From NCBI RefSeq assembly GCF_000143415.4, contig NW_003314345.1:328574-392573 (forward strand): a stretch of DNA of 64,000 bases, given 5' to 3'. Each line of letters starts with the position of its first letter. The stretch's first letter is position 1. The translations under genes and the position numbers were made by a program. The DNA is from Selaginella moellendorffii (taxonomy: Eukaryota > Plantae > Lycopodiophyta). The notes beneath the pieces are model-generated. The model saw only the letters and a program-made list of their open reading frames with translations, made no database searches and had not been told where the DNA came from. Shown piece by piece: positions 45,832 through 58,921 of the stretch.

Positions 45832-48671
45832 TCATCCTCTGCCTCTCCCTCGTCCTCCTCGGCCCCGCCCTCTTCCTCCTCGTCCTCTTCCACGGCTACT
45901 TGGCCTACCTCTGTCCTCGGACTTCAATCCCAGCGATTGGATCCCTCGCTTTGATGAGCTCTGGCTTTCTCTTTGGGGACGCTCTTGTTTCCTCTCCTGT
46001 CGTGAGAAACTCAGCTCTCTGCTGCCCCATCGCCCACCTGACACGGGATTGCTGCTTTGCGCTGCGGTGACGCGCTCCTCCATGGGCATGTTGTGCTCGG
46101 CAGCCAGCGAAACTTTGTCCCGGAATGCCTTGGCATGGATCTCGTCTTTAGCCTTGTAAAGCCTGTGACCAAAAAAGAGAGGTACGTTGTTTTACAAAAG
46201 CTTTCGCGAGTGGTTGGTCTAACCTCGGAGCCGAGTTGGATTTGTGCGTTTCCTTGTCTTCGCCTTCGCTGCCGCTGGCGTCGCCCTCGGAGCCACTCGA
46301 CTCTTGCAATTCGAAATGCTCTTGGATCAAAGATGCGTTCTTTTTGTTTGTCTCGTTTGGATGCCGAGCTTTGTACTCTTCTGCCGTTTCGTCAATCTCA
46401 AAGTCCTGGGCGAGCAGAGCTTAAGTATCGCGGGACACGGAAAGAAGTAGAGCTACAAACCTTGTTTGAAAATAATGACGCGAAACGTTCATCATCGAGA
46501 ATTTCAGAACGTAGACGTTTTTTCTTCTTGTCATCGACCTCGTCACCGGCTGCTATCAAACGAGCAGCCAAGTCCTGGTTGACCTTCGGGAGCTTTCTTT
46601 TCACCTGTCATACACGTCGAATGAGAAGCCATAGAAAAGAATGAAGAAACAGAAAATGCTCTCACTGTTATTCGCGATGCACGTTTCTCATCCAGCTTCT
46701 CCTTAATACGCTGTTGTCGATATACTTCATATGCAAAAGGATCAGCGATCGACTTTGCCTGAAAAGACGAACTGTAAATTTGATACAGTTGCAGCATCGA
46801 TTACCTTGCCATACAAGCGATGATCTATGAAGTATCCATGCATATATGCTCGAAGCAAATTCGTCCCTATTAAGTTGGTTAGATTCAAACGTTCTAAATC
46901 ATCTTTTGTCACGAATTTGTAGTCGTCATATATAACAGTTTGTGCACCGTCCTCGAGTTCCTCCTACAGCAAACACGTTACAATCAGCCGCCAAAAGGTC
47001 TCTAATCACACTCACCGTAAGATTTTCCAAGTACGAACACCACTTTGGAGCCGGTCCCAGAGCGGGAATAAAATATGCAGGTATTTGAGTATTGTCCACG
47101 GCAACAAATATCAGCCCGCTGTTCGGAAAGACGCACACATCATTGATGTGGCCATTCGGTGGTTCTATGTTCGTTATGCTTTTTCCCTGTACAAGGCAAA
47201 AGTTAAGATCGCGCGCGTCGAAAACTAGCACTGTAGAATTACCGTTTCAGGCTCCCAGATTCTAATAACCTTTGTATCCGAAGTTACCAATTTCCTGGGT
47301 GACGAAAGATCTCCATGCCATTTTATGTCGACAATGGGGGCGTCATACCTGAGAACCAAGTCCGTCTCACAAAGGATTAAAAGAGCGTGAATTAGCTACA
47401 AACATGTGATCCTTGATCGCTATAGGTGCAGAAGAGCGTATGTCGTAGACTAATACCTGTCACAGGGAAGAAAGAAAACTTACCAGGTTATAAATTTTAA
47501 AGTTTTCACTTGCCTGACCAGCACTTGTTCCCGCAGCTAGGAAGAGTCCTTCTGTATCGTCAAAGCGCAAGGCTGTTACTTCCTGAAGGAGAAGTGAGAA
47601 TCATTCAAGTGCAAACATAATTCCACCTGATCAACATTTCCCGTTGGCTTTACGGCGTCGATCCGTGCGACTGCAGCCCTTTGACGCAAATCAAAGCATT
47701 CCAATGCACCGTCTTCACCTCCGCAAGCGATCAAACCATGGGCTGGACTGCCAAACAGAAACAACCAGTGATTCTTTTCCAGGATAATGTCGAACTGACC
47801 GACCTTCTTCCAATAACATTGACGCCAGGAGAGCGACTTGAAAGAGGAGCAAGAAACCTTCCCTGGAGAGAAAGTAAGAATGAAGGAAAACTTACGAAAT
47901 GGAAAGAACAGCGTACCTGTTCTAAATTCAAGCAATATATCTCCGGAGAGGACGCCGCGACCAAAAGATCGCAGGACCATTTGTCATAAGCAAGATCCCT
48001 CCCCATCCTATGCGCGAACTACTAGTTGAACGTTTCAACAGTGAAAGCCTTCGAAAAAATACCTGGGTATTCTTGTGCTGTAGTAGCGTCCAAACTTTGC
48101 ATGCAGACATATGGATCGATCTGTGCAAAGAAATGCGAGCTTGGAGAAATCATCCCCCAAAACCTGGAAGGAGAAATGCTTGAAAAACAAACGCGATAGA
48201 ACAAACAGCAGACCTGGAAATCAACGATTTCAGAGGTGAAGTGACGATCAAACTTGAGAGACATTTCTCTGAGCTCGTAAACTCTGACTTGTGGTGGATA
48301 GACACCTGAAATAACATCACGATCACGTTTTTTTCTTGTTTTCTACGCAACAAAGCAATGGAACGAACCAGAGGCGATGATACATTCTTGATCCGGAGTG
48401 ACTTTCATCCTCGTGGCAGCAGCACTGAACTTTAGATCCTGGATGAGCTCCACTCTCCTCAAAAATTCTACAGTCAAGCAACACATTCTAGTGATCGATC
48501 TAAAACAAAAATTCCAAGAGACAAGGAAGAAGAAGAAGAAGTACCTTCATCCTTGCGCCTGGATTTGCGCCTGGCGGTCTTCTGCCACGATGCTACCACG
48601 CGCTGCCCCGTGATCGAGTAGACCTTAACGCCATTCACAGCGCTCACCTTCAAGCCTCCCTCTGCCGCCAT
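45832..48671 (-). CDS. NOL10: Nucleolar protein 10 (Enp2), WD40 plus NUC153
   Basis: NGVKVYS, LKFDRH, GRDLAYD, IPALGPAPKWCSYLENLTEELE, YDDYKFVT, DDERFASLF, RG-rich tail. Confidence 0.94.
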
Positions 48672-48710
48672 TCTCATAAACCCTAATCTCGGGCCAGGGT
48701 TTTTGGCGGC
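48672..48710. promoter_or_regulatory. 39-bp bidirectional spacer with telo-box (AAACCCTAA), GGGCC and an inverted telo-like AGGGTTT
   Basis: Lies between the NOL10 ATG (48671, minus) and the BCCIP ATG (48711, plus). Confidence 0.7.
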
Positions 48711-49948
48711 ATGAAGAACAAGCGCAAGGGCAAGGAGATAGCGAGCGATCCTAGCGACGAGGACGACGATCACGACGCGTCCCATAGCAGCGACGACGAA
48801 GAATCGGAGTCAGACGAGGTAGATCCATCGTGTTTCTTGTGCTGTGCTTGAGAGATTTCGCCATAGAATTCCACCGTGAATGTGGACTTCGAATTCTTTG
48901 ATCCAAAGCCGGAGGATTATCACGGCGTGAAGCTGCTGCTCCAGAATTATCTCGACGATTGTGAGTGGGACATTGCGGGATTCGTGAATTTGATCCTCGG
49001 CCAGACGAGAGTGGGGACTATTGTCAAAGCCGGTGGAGACGATCCAATTGGTCTTATCACAGCTCTTAACATTAGGAGATACAAGGTAATGGATTTTTCA
49101 CTCGCATTTCTTCTCCAGGAACTTTGGTTTTCAGCGGACTCGTCCTCTTGCCTGTTTGTTGCAGGAGCTTCCATCGATTCAAGCCATCCGAGACTTCCTT
49201 GTGAAGCGTGCCAAGAACAGTCCAGAGCTTTCCAAGCTCCAAGCTTTGTGGCAAAGCGATAAAAACGTTGGACTGCTTGTCAGCCAGCGTCTCATGAACG
49301 TTCCTCTGGAGCTCTGTCCGCCTCTACACGATGCCATCTTCGATGAAATCGCATGGGCCACCGAAGACGAGGTATAAAACCTTCTAAAAGAACTGAAAGA
49401 AGCTTTTTTTTTTTCTTTTGTTTGTTTGGAACAGTCTTCTGCGGAACTAAGGGAGAGCTTCAAGTTCCAGCAATACCTCATTCAGACTCGGGTCTATAAG
49501 GAGGTTCGTACTCACGACACTTTTAAGAAAAAAAAGAAGGCAAGTTATAATCGCGAGTTCCAGAAGGCTGATTGTCCCTTTTCTTTTCTTTCTGTTTTGG
49601 CAGAAAGTCCCGAAGAAACAACCAGTAAACGAAGATGGTAACTTTATATTTATTAAGCCTGAAGACGAGCTATTTTTCCAGGTAACACTAACACTATCCT
49701 TTGCTCGTTACGTTGGATTCACTAGCAGTTCTGTTTCAGTTAAGCTCGTGGCACTTTACCTTTCCAGTCCAGGCCGAAACTATGTTAGCCCATCAGGTTC
49801 GAACTTTTTTTCGCCTTTTGATCTTTTCCAAGTGTTGTTCTATGATGTTCACCAGACCAAAGGGTTGCAGCTCCTGGGATTGGTAATGGCTGTCAGTGCA
49901 AAGCAAATCAAGGCCTTCAGATCCAAGCTAAAAGGATTGGTCTGTTGA
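48711..49948 (+). CDS. BCCIP: BCCIP/Bcp1 homolog
   Basis: Acidic N-terminus, VNVDFEFFDPKPEDYHGVKLLL, VGLLVSQRLMNVP, FIKPEDE. Confidence 0.92.
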
Positions 49949-50699
49949 GTTAGAGCAGCAAACTTCGAGCTCATCCAAGCTATAAAGCCGTCGAATTTGA
50001 AATCACGTGTGGATCGATATCCGTAGCCTTTTCTTGATCGTTCTCTCGTTTTGTTTTTCGCCTGACCGCCTTCTATTCTCTCTGGGCAGAATTCTTTCCG
50101 TAGCTTCTCTATAAGAGAAAGGAAACACTTAAAAACATGTCGAAGTAAATGTTCTCTAACTCAAGAATTGGAATAATGCCTTGGCTGCCGTCTGGATGGC
50201 CATATCCCGATGAAAAGTTTTTGCAAGGTTGGGCTGGGGGTATGAAGTGTTATTCATATGACAAAAGACCGTGTGGTGTGAAAAACAGAATTCCATGAGT
50301 GAAATTGAATATTCCATGAGTGAAACGTATGTGAAATCGAATATTTCATGCGGATCATACAATTAGTAAATGCTCCCAAAGTCGGCAGCAAGAGTTGCTC
50401 ACGAGGCCTTCAGGAATTTCCCGGACATGTTCAAGAGTGTGCCCATGGAAGCTAATCTATGCAAACCCAAACTTGCCATGACGTGGCAAGGTAGTCTGGG
50501 TTTAGCTTTGGGTGATGAATGTGACCTCAAAGTCTGATTTGTGAGGCATAGTAAGTGAGCTGGACAAAAAAGCTGCTTCTCTGTTTTGCATGAGACGACT
50601 GTGGCTAGTGTTGTGCCAGGCTTGCATTTTCTCCTTGAGACATGGCAAGTAATGAGGCAAATGTGGCTCAGGACGAAGCAAGATAGTAAGGGACATCAC

Positions 50700-52600
50700 A
50701 GATAGCTGTCATGAGAAGAAGAAAATTTGAGGAAGTATCTCCTTCAGCCAGATTGAAGTATCCTACTTACCAACTAGGAGAGGAATTTGAAATTTACCTG
50801 GATGTATTTGAGTGTGCTGCATATAATAATTAAGTGGCTGGACATGAGAAGGTTAATGCCTTTTGTATGGCTCTATTGAGAGGGGCATAGAGAGGGGCAT
50901 AGAGAGGGGCATAGAGAATGTTCATTTCACGCTGAGAAGATCAGATCTTGTGAGATGAAGCAGTGCAGTTGGCAAGGTGTCTCTTTATTGTTGGTAATCT
51001 TGAGGATCAAGCTTTTGAGATTATTAACAATAAAAAATATCAGAGAGGAGAGACTGTGCAGCAGTATTTGGTGACACTCCAGCAAGTAGTCATGTATATC
51101 TCGAATGATAATCATAAAGCAGCAAAGCATGCTTTTTATCCTGGTGTTCCTGAGAAATTGCAAAAATGGGTTCAGTCATCTGAAGCTTTGAAGAAATCTT
51201 GTTAGAAATTTGTTAAAAAATGTGTGAAATTTCTGTTGTGTTGTGTGAGGACACACAAATTTTAAAGGGGAAAGACCGCTACAACAACAAGAGGTTCTTG
51301 AGAAAAGGGGGTTTTTGATGGGCGGGAGGAAGTGGAGGCTGGGGTTTAGAGTAGGGGCCAGTGCTCTGCATGTGCAGGGACACTCACTGGAGGTTAAATT
51401 CTTGAATTGTCAACTTTGTTTCAGTTAGGAGTCATTTCTGTCTGTGGTCCATTTTTAGGTGGAGGCAAGGGGCATGGCTCTTCAGCTATCAAGGATGCTA
51501 GGGGCCTACTTTTCATGCTAATCATCTTTCTCCTGATAAATTGATAGATTGTTTAAGGTAGTGAGCCTAGAAAATTTTAAGCTTAGAAGATTTCTGTTGT
51601 GATGCTCATAAATCTTTGAGATTGTGAGATGAAAATTGTGTAAGTTGGGCTAGCATGATAAATTTGTGGATAAAGAGCTTGTGATGTGATGCTCACAAAT
51701 GTTTTGAGGTTGTGAGTTGGATAATTGTGTAACCTGGGTTAGCATGACAAAATTATGTGTGATGTATCACTCAATAGATCTTTTAAGATAGTTGAGAATT
51801 AAAAGAGCTAAGCTAGCATGACAAACTCATGGTCTAAAAGCTTTGTGAGATGTGAGTTGGCTTAATCCTAGATAGAGAATTATGATTGTGGAGTGATTAT
51901 GATGTTGCAAAGAGCTATGATGGTTGAGTGTGCCGAACACCTTGTGCATGTAAAGATTTTTGTGATTAGTGCAATTTTCAGTGAGGCTAAGATGGAGGGA
52001 TATGATGCTAGAATAAAAGATAAGTCTTTTGTGTGAGGTCACACAATTTTAAAGAGTGGAGTGATTGCTACAGGTGGGTTATTGTAGCCTTTGTACTCAG
52101 GACTTGACCAATTAGGTTAAGCAGGATTGAGCAACAGGAAGGAGATGAAATGGCAGGGAGAGGTTCTTGAGAAACAGGGAGGACTAGGAACAAGTAGTGG
52201 AGGTGGGGTTTGAGAGTGGGGGCTGGTGCTCTATGTGCATGGGATGTCCATGCTTAATTTGAGACTAGCATGCAAGTGCATGGCATTATCAAGTTTATCT
52301 TTGATCCCAAGGTCCTCAGCATGATTGGGTGAATCTTCATACTATCCAACTTGGAAGAGGACTGAAGAGTTCAACAAATGGTTACATGAGATTGGACTTT
52401 ATGAGCTTCCAAAAATTATAGATAAACCATATGATCTCAACATCATGAAAAAACTTCTCTCGGCATATTAGGAAGACTTTGTCTACACAAGTTTTTCATA
52501 CATGCCAAATATTTTGTGTGAGCTTTTAAGCTCCCCACTGATGGAGAGTGAGTGATATCAATCTTACACATGAAGGGGATTTCACCAAAATGCATCAAAG
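50700..52600 (+). mobile_element. Decayed retroelement internal region (gag-like remnant) with tandem repeats
   Basis: KYQRGETVQQY gag-like fragment, (AGAGGGGCATAG)x3 at ~50878-50916, degenerate ~75-bp repeats at ~51600-51850, duplicated block ~51290-51380 / ~52160-52245. Confidence 0.5.
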
Positions 52601-52719
52601 TTCTTGAGAATTACAACAACAAAAACTCTTTACAAAATAAGTAATATAATCAATTTAATACACTCTTTTCATGCCTTTTCGGACTTAAATTAACTAAACT
52701 TCAAGCTTGCATTCACATT

Positions 52720-53085
52720 ACTTTTATTTCAGCTTTAGAAAAGTTTATGACAATAACTATTTAAACTAATAGACTAATCCCTACAATCTTGATTAATCCA
52801 TTCATAATCATATTCAAAATCCTTTATCCCTAATACTTTATTTTTGGACTCAACTTGATTAAACCTTAAATTTTCATTCACACTACCTTCAATTTAGCAT
52901 TAGAAAAATATATGGGAGAACATAGCAATAACTATTTGAACCAATAGATTAATTTTTATAGTCCTGATTAATCCACTTATAATTATAATACTTTATTTTT
53001 GGACTCAACTTTACTAAACCTCAACCTTATGTTCTCAATACCTTCAATTCAGCTTTAAAAAAGTTTATGAGAAAACATAGCAATA
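52720..53085. repeat. Degenerate ~150-bp tandem repeat
   Basis: taatactttatttttggactcaactt recurs at ~52831 and ~52986; cagcttta.aaaagtttatga recurs at ~52730 and ~53050. Confidence 0.65.
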
Positions 53086-53199
53086 ATGTAGTATATTTGG
53101 TTTTCACCCTTTACCTTATGGTGATTTACCATAGGATTACCATGGACACATGGATTAAACACTTTGTTTACACTCCACATGCCATATGTCACATATAAT

Positions 53200-54125
53200 A
53201 ATATGAAGCTAAAAAGTGAAGGAATATGAGCATGGAGCAACTCTTAAATGTACAACCCAAGGGGTGAAAGGATAGAAGTATAGATCAACTTTTAAGCGTA
53301 CAACCTAAGTAGTGAAGGGACAAAAACACGAAGCAACTTAGAACATTTCTATAACATTCAACATCCCAATGCTAAAACTAACATATAGAATAGAGTTAAA
53401 CAAAATCTGGTGTTATTTTAGCATACCGATGACGATATAAATACTCCACTAGCTAACATGGTATGGAGCTTAGACTTAAACTTAAACCAGATGCAAAACA
53501 AGGACAAACATGTAAATAGGAGTTACACTAAGTCTTAGGTTGGTTGGCCATGGCTAACCTACCAACTATCCCTACTATACATTTAGAACCCTCCCCATTT
53601 TGAGAAATGCATGCTTTGGGCTTTCACTTCAGTCCTAGGAATTAGTATTTAGGACAATCACAAAAACATACTAATTATGGAATGGTTTTAGATTGTGAAT
53701 TTGAAGCCATTGGGACCAAATGGGACCAACACATGGGGTATGATAGGGAGGGTGTCTTGACGGACATAATAAGCTATCACTTAATAAATATTGAGGGACC
53801 AAGCTCAATATTGCAAAGGTTCTTGTCAAGCCATACAGGATAAAGCAAAAAAGAATTAACAAACTAGGCTAAATATGCTTGGATAAATAGATACTTTAGA
53901 ATTCCTTCCTTATGCTTGTTTAGCCAAGTATAGATGTTAAATTAAGTTTACTAACATTTAAACAAGAGGGACCGATAAAGGGTCCAACAATACTGATGTC
54001 TTACTACTATAGTAGTAAAAGAAGAATATCTAAAAGGACTCATTGACATATAATTTTTGATACCCAAAGTCACATTTATGACACTGTCCCCCCTTTAGGG
54101 GAGATCGATGTCCTCATCGATGCAT
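53200..54125 (-). mobile_element. Family-C LTR remnant with PPT junction
   Basis: Minus strand: gaggacatcgatct..aaaggggggacag|TGTCATAAATG, LTR starting at 54083. Related copies at ~55806-55900 (inverted), ~56760-57560 and ~13680-13980. Confidence 0.65.
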
Positions 54126-56129
54126 ACTCTAATTTAGACCATTGACAAAGAAAGAACTCTAGAAAAAATTTATGGTGTTCACACTTTGTAAGAAATGTAT
54201 GAACTTAAATGAATTAGGGGGTAATTTCTCTGTTTAACACAAATGTGTTACAATTTAAACACCTTTTGGCTATCATTAACAAAGAAATAACCAATAGAAT
54301 TAGCCACCCTTACTACTTTAAGTGTCACCTAGTTTATAAAAGATTATATACCCCTACTTGTATATAATATAGAAAGAGAAGCTAGAGGCTCCAACCCTCT
54401 TGAGAACATAAACTAAACCTATTGGTAAGATTTAGATAAACTACTGTAAACAGGTAGTTAGAGTTGTTTAGACAATTATGCCCTTTTAACAGAATTAGGA
54501 ACATTGAGAGAAAGATATATTATATGATCAATCAACAATAGTTATCCCATGACTAAAGATTTCATCATGCATATAAAGTGCTAAAGTCAGTTTACCTTTA
54601 CTAACCTAAACTCAAAAATTAATAGATGGATAATATCAAAGTCATAGACAAAGATATTTTTCTAAATCAATTACTTTACATAGTATGCCCTATTACGATG
54701 GAAGCTCTAGCATTGGCATTCTCTTAGTTGTGATAGCTCCAACATGGGCAAGCACATAGGCAACAAGATTGAATGTATTGCTCCCTCATTTCTATCATTT
54801 TTTCTTGTTCCTTGATGTTTTTCTCATGTGGGTAGACTCCTGTTGCAATAGTAGACAAGAAAGTAGAGGATTTCCTAGCACTACCCTCACAGCTCGAGGC
54901 AGTGATTGCCAACAGTGACACTGTTCCCAAGTATGATGCACTTATACTTGAAAAGGATGACAAACATGACTTGCAAAAGGTAATTCCAGATATAACTAAT
55001 CTTCTCTTGCAGCCTGTTACTCCAATCGAGCTAGAGGATTTGTCCCCCTCATAGTTCAAGGCAGTTATTGCTAGTAATCACACGGTAGCATCAAGTGTTC
55101 CTAAGTATGATCCACCACCATTATCTGTACTTGAGGATGACAACCACGATTCCCAAGAGGTAACTTGAGAGCTTAGATAGTTTGCCTGGAACTACACCAA
55201 CCTTCTCTTATAGCTAGAGGTAATCATGGTTGGCACTATAGATTCAGTTTGGTATACTTCTCTCGGTGGTAAGATACTAGCAATTGACAATGATGACAAC
55301 CTAAGATGTGAGGATATCTAGAGCTTCGTTTAGACTTGGACATTCCTATCAATGTAGCTACCGTCTAGAGCCGAAAAACTCCAATAAGGGAAATTCATAA
55401 TCAAGCTCATCTAGATCTTCTTGTGTTGTCATCATACCTCCTTGGTGACAAAGGTTACCTATGTTGTTTATGGATCATAATGTCATTTTTGACAATTAGT
55501 AAATCTTAATGCAACCAAGTGTTTTTAGAACAAAGAGCTCTCAAGAGCAAGGTAGGTAGTGGAATATAGATTTGGCTTGCTTAAAAGTATGTTTTATATC
55601 TTTTAGCTTCATTTTAGTTTTCTCTATTATTTTTAATTTTTTTTCTTTTCATTTCTACAAGAAAGTCTCAAATCTTGGAACATAAGTTGAGAATGCAGTT
55701 TAACATTGCCCTAGATGTTGTCTACACTTACTACATTCTACATAATTTTTTAATTGATGCAATTGACATTAAAATCATGGAATAGAGGTGAGATCTAAAG
55801 CTAGATGTTGTGAATGTGACTATGGGTATCAAAAATTATTTGTTAACGAGTCCTTTTTGATATTCTTCTTTTATTGTTATGACAGCAAAAGGTTGATATT
55901 ACTAAAGTGTTAATACAATATAGGTATTTGATGATATGGTCTTTACAATTATTCTAAGGAGAGAGCTTACAAAAGAAAAGTTTATAAACATATTAATTTC
56001 TGAAAGAGAAAAAGATAATGATATTTGTGCAATTCTCTTTGCTATGCCTAGGAAAAACTATAAGAACAAAACCCAATCTAAGAAATGAATGATAATATAT
56101 TTTAGCATCTTTTAAACCCAACACCCCAA

Positions 56130-56323
56130 TGTAAGCTTATGAGTTTGGACTTCCCAGGAGGTCACCCAACCTAGTACTATTCAAACCCAAAGACGCTTAA
56201 CCTCAAATATCCCAAGACCCTTAACCGATTGGAAAAGGGGGTGCACTCATATTCATGAGCCCTTTCCCTTTATATTTGAACCCCATGGATTGTCTCTCAA
56301 GTCATTCTCTTTGGTTGCTTACA
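56130..56323 (-). mobile_element. 194-bp solo LTR carrying a 5S rRNA-derived segment (Cassandra-like)
   Basis: TGTAAGC...GCTTACA termini and TSD CCCAA on both sides. 56147-56201 is the reverse complement of the 5S internal control region. Confidence 0.85.
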
Positions 56324-58422
56324 CCCAAACACTCAACCACTTAATTGAGCATAACAAGTCTTCTTTATTTCATTTAACCTTTACTTAGTGAAGAACCATC
56401 CTTTGAAAGAGTATAACAACAATAGGTAACACAAATTGTTTACTCACTCAGAATGTTTTTATATATGATGTTATTAACTAAGTAAAATCCACTATAATTG
56501 ATTTTAAAACAAACTTAGATTTTTTATGCCATACCAACTATTAGTTGTTTAAATGACATTGCATTCATACATCTTATTAAAGTTTTTATTATTCAAAATT
56601 TTATAAAATATTGTAGAAGGTTATAATGTGTTTCTTTTTTATTTCATTTTGGTGAACGATCACACTTACCATCATCAATATAGTGTACATCTTTTACCTT
56701 ATAGTGATTTAATATAAAATAATCATGGAGTGGAATTTTAACCTATAGTAGAGTGAAACTTGGGCCTTAAGCCATTAAATAAAAGAACAGAACCAAACTC
56801 CCTAAGGAACGAAGGAATTGGAGCATGAAATAACTTCTAAGTGTATAGTTGAGGAGTAAAGAAACATAGATATTTAATATCACAATGCTAAAATTAGCAT
56901 ATAAAATGAAACCAAATAAAGTTTGGCACAATTTTAACATATTGGTGGCCTAATGCGAAGATATGAGTACTCCACCAGCTAGTGTGGCATACAGCTTGGG
57001 CTAAACTCAAGTTAAATGTAAAACAAGAATAAGTATATAAACATGGAACTAAACTATGCCTCAAGTTAGTCAGCTATACTTGACCTATTTACTATCCCTA
57101 CCATATATTTAGAACCCCTTTGGGATAATCATGAAAACTTATTGATAGATTGTATAATCCACACTATTGTGTTAGGACAATCTCTACATTTTATAAATAT
57201 GCCTCATTAGCAAATTTAGACATTTTCTATAAATAGCCATTAGGACCAAATAGGACCAACACATTGGGAATGATAATGAGGGTGTCTTAGTGGATATAGT
57301 AAAATATTATATAGTTAGTATTGAGGGACTAAGCTTAATATTGTAAAAGTTCCCAACATTAGCAAGTGTAAGTAACAATATGAGTTTCTCGTCACTATGT
57401 CAAGTATGTTAAATTAGGATTTGCATCCGTGCTAATTTGTTCCAAGCAAATAAACTAAACATGTCATTAAAGTTTAGATAAACTATTGTAAACAGACAAT
57501 TAAAGTTGTTTACATACCCTTTTAAAATAGAATTAAGAATATCAAAGGATAGGTATACAAGAAAACTCTAGTCTTTTAATTACCTTAAGCTAATTTAAAC
57601 ACTAATCTTAAATATTCAGTCTTGAATTATGTCTTGAATTCAAATTTTACGAGCAAAGGTTTGAGGTTCAAATCTTATAATGGATAATGATGGAAAAATA
57701 TACTTCAACAAATACACTTTGAGTGTATAAAATATTTCATTTCTTATTTATTCTTACTGACATATGCATCTATGAGTAAGTGTCATCATTAATAATAGAG
57801 TACAAAGAGTAGTATAAAATAAATGAAACAACATACTAAGTATTTAATTAATCAAAGAGCAATGCTAGTATTAATATTAACAATATTCAGTTGAACCCAA
57901 AGTTATTTCTATAGCTCATTTATTAAGTTATAAATAATTTAAACCAGGCATCTAATCAAATATTCTCTCTGACAAAAAAAATGATTTAGAAACTTTTTGT
58001 TGCACTATCAATCTCTCTATCAGGTTCTTTTAAATTTTACTAATGCAATTTATTAATACTATGGTATTTTTATTAAGCTTTTAATAGCATATACTATTTA
58101 GTATACACATTCAAGCCAAGTGTTACTTCAATACAAAATGTAGCAACTTATTTTTCCTCAAGAGGGCTAGCTTTAATATTGGTATGAAGCATTGAATATT
58201 CTATTAATTAGCAATAGTAGTGATATTAAGAACAAGTGTATTTCTGAAGGAAAAAATATTTAAACATTATATTAGTTTTATTATAGTAAAATAATAATAT
58301 TATTAAGATATTTAGTAGCGTAATATAAGAGTTTATCCTATGTTTAACACTGGGCTTGATAAGATAAACTTGTTTTAGTATAAAACTGAATTATTAATGA
58401 GGTTTCTATAAAATTAATATTA

Positions 58423-58921
58423 ATGACAATTCATATACACTACATTCTATTCATGTTTTTGTATTCATATTTTATCATATTTGTATACAGCAGTAAGGTA
58501 AGAGTTTGAATACTTAAGTCCAGTTAATGTGCATAATCTAACTTAAGAAAATCTTAACTAGTGTGATTATACACTTAGGGTAAAAACTGGATGTTTAGAC
58601 AGAGCAGGAACTGATGCTAATATTGATATTTTTTTTTCCTCTCTTGAAGGGCGTATGTTACCATTTTATAATATAGATAACAAAGATGATAATTTTGAGA
58701 AATGCAAGCTTGACATATTTAATGTTCAGGGAGATTGTTTACCTAATGAAGATAAGATATGTAGAATGATTATACAACGGGATAATGCTGGTCGATATCA
58801 AGATTGGTATATTGAGTGGATACAAATTACAGGAGCAAGAGATAGCCCTCAAACATTTTATGTGAATGCTTGGCTTGATAATGATAACCAAAGTAAAGAA
58901 ATTGATTTATGCAATGGATAA
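58423..58921 (+). CDS. Secreted PLAT/LH2-domain protein (intron 58498-58561)
   Basis: 25-aa hydrophobic leader exon, then CDYTLRVKTG..AGTDANI..NFEKCKLDIF..RDNAG..DWYIEWIQI..FYVNAWL in frame; TATA-like ctataaaa upstream. Confidence 0.82.

Noticed and set aside
56147-56201. Functional 5S rRNA gene
   Set aside because: Only ~55 nt of the internal region, diverged and enclosed in LTR termini.
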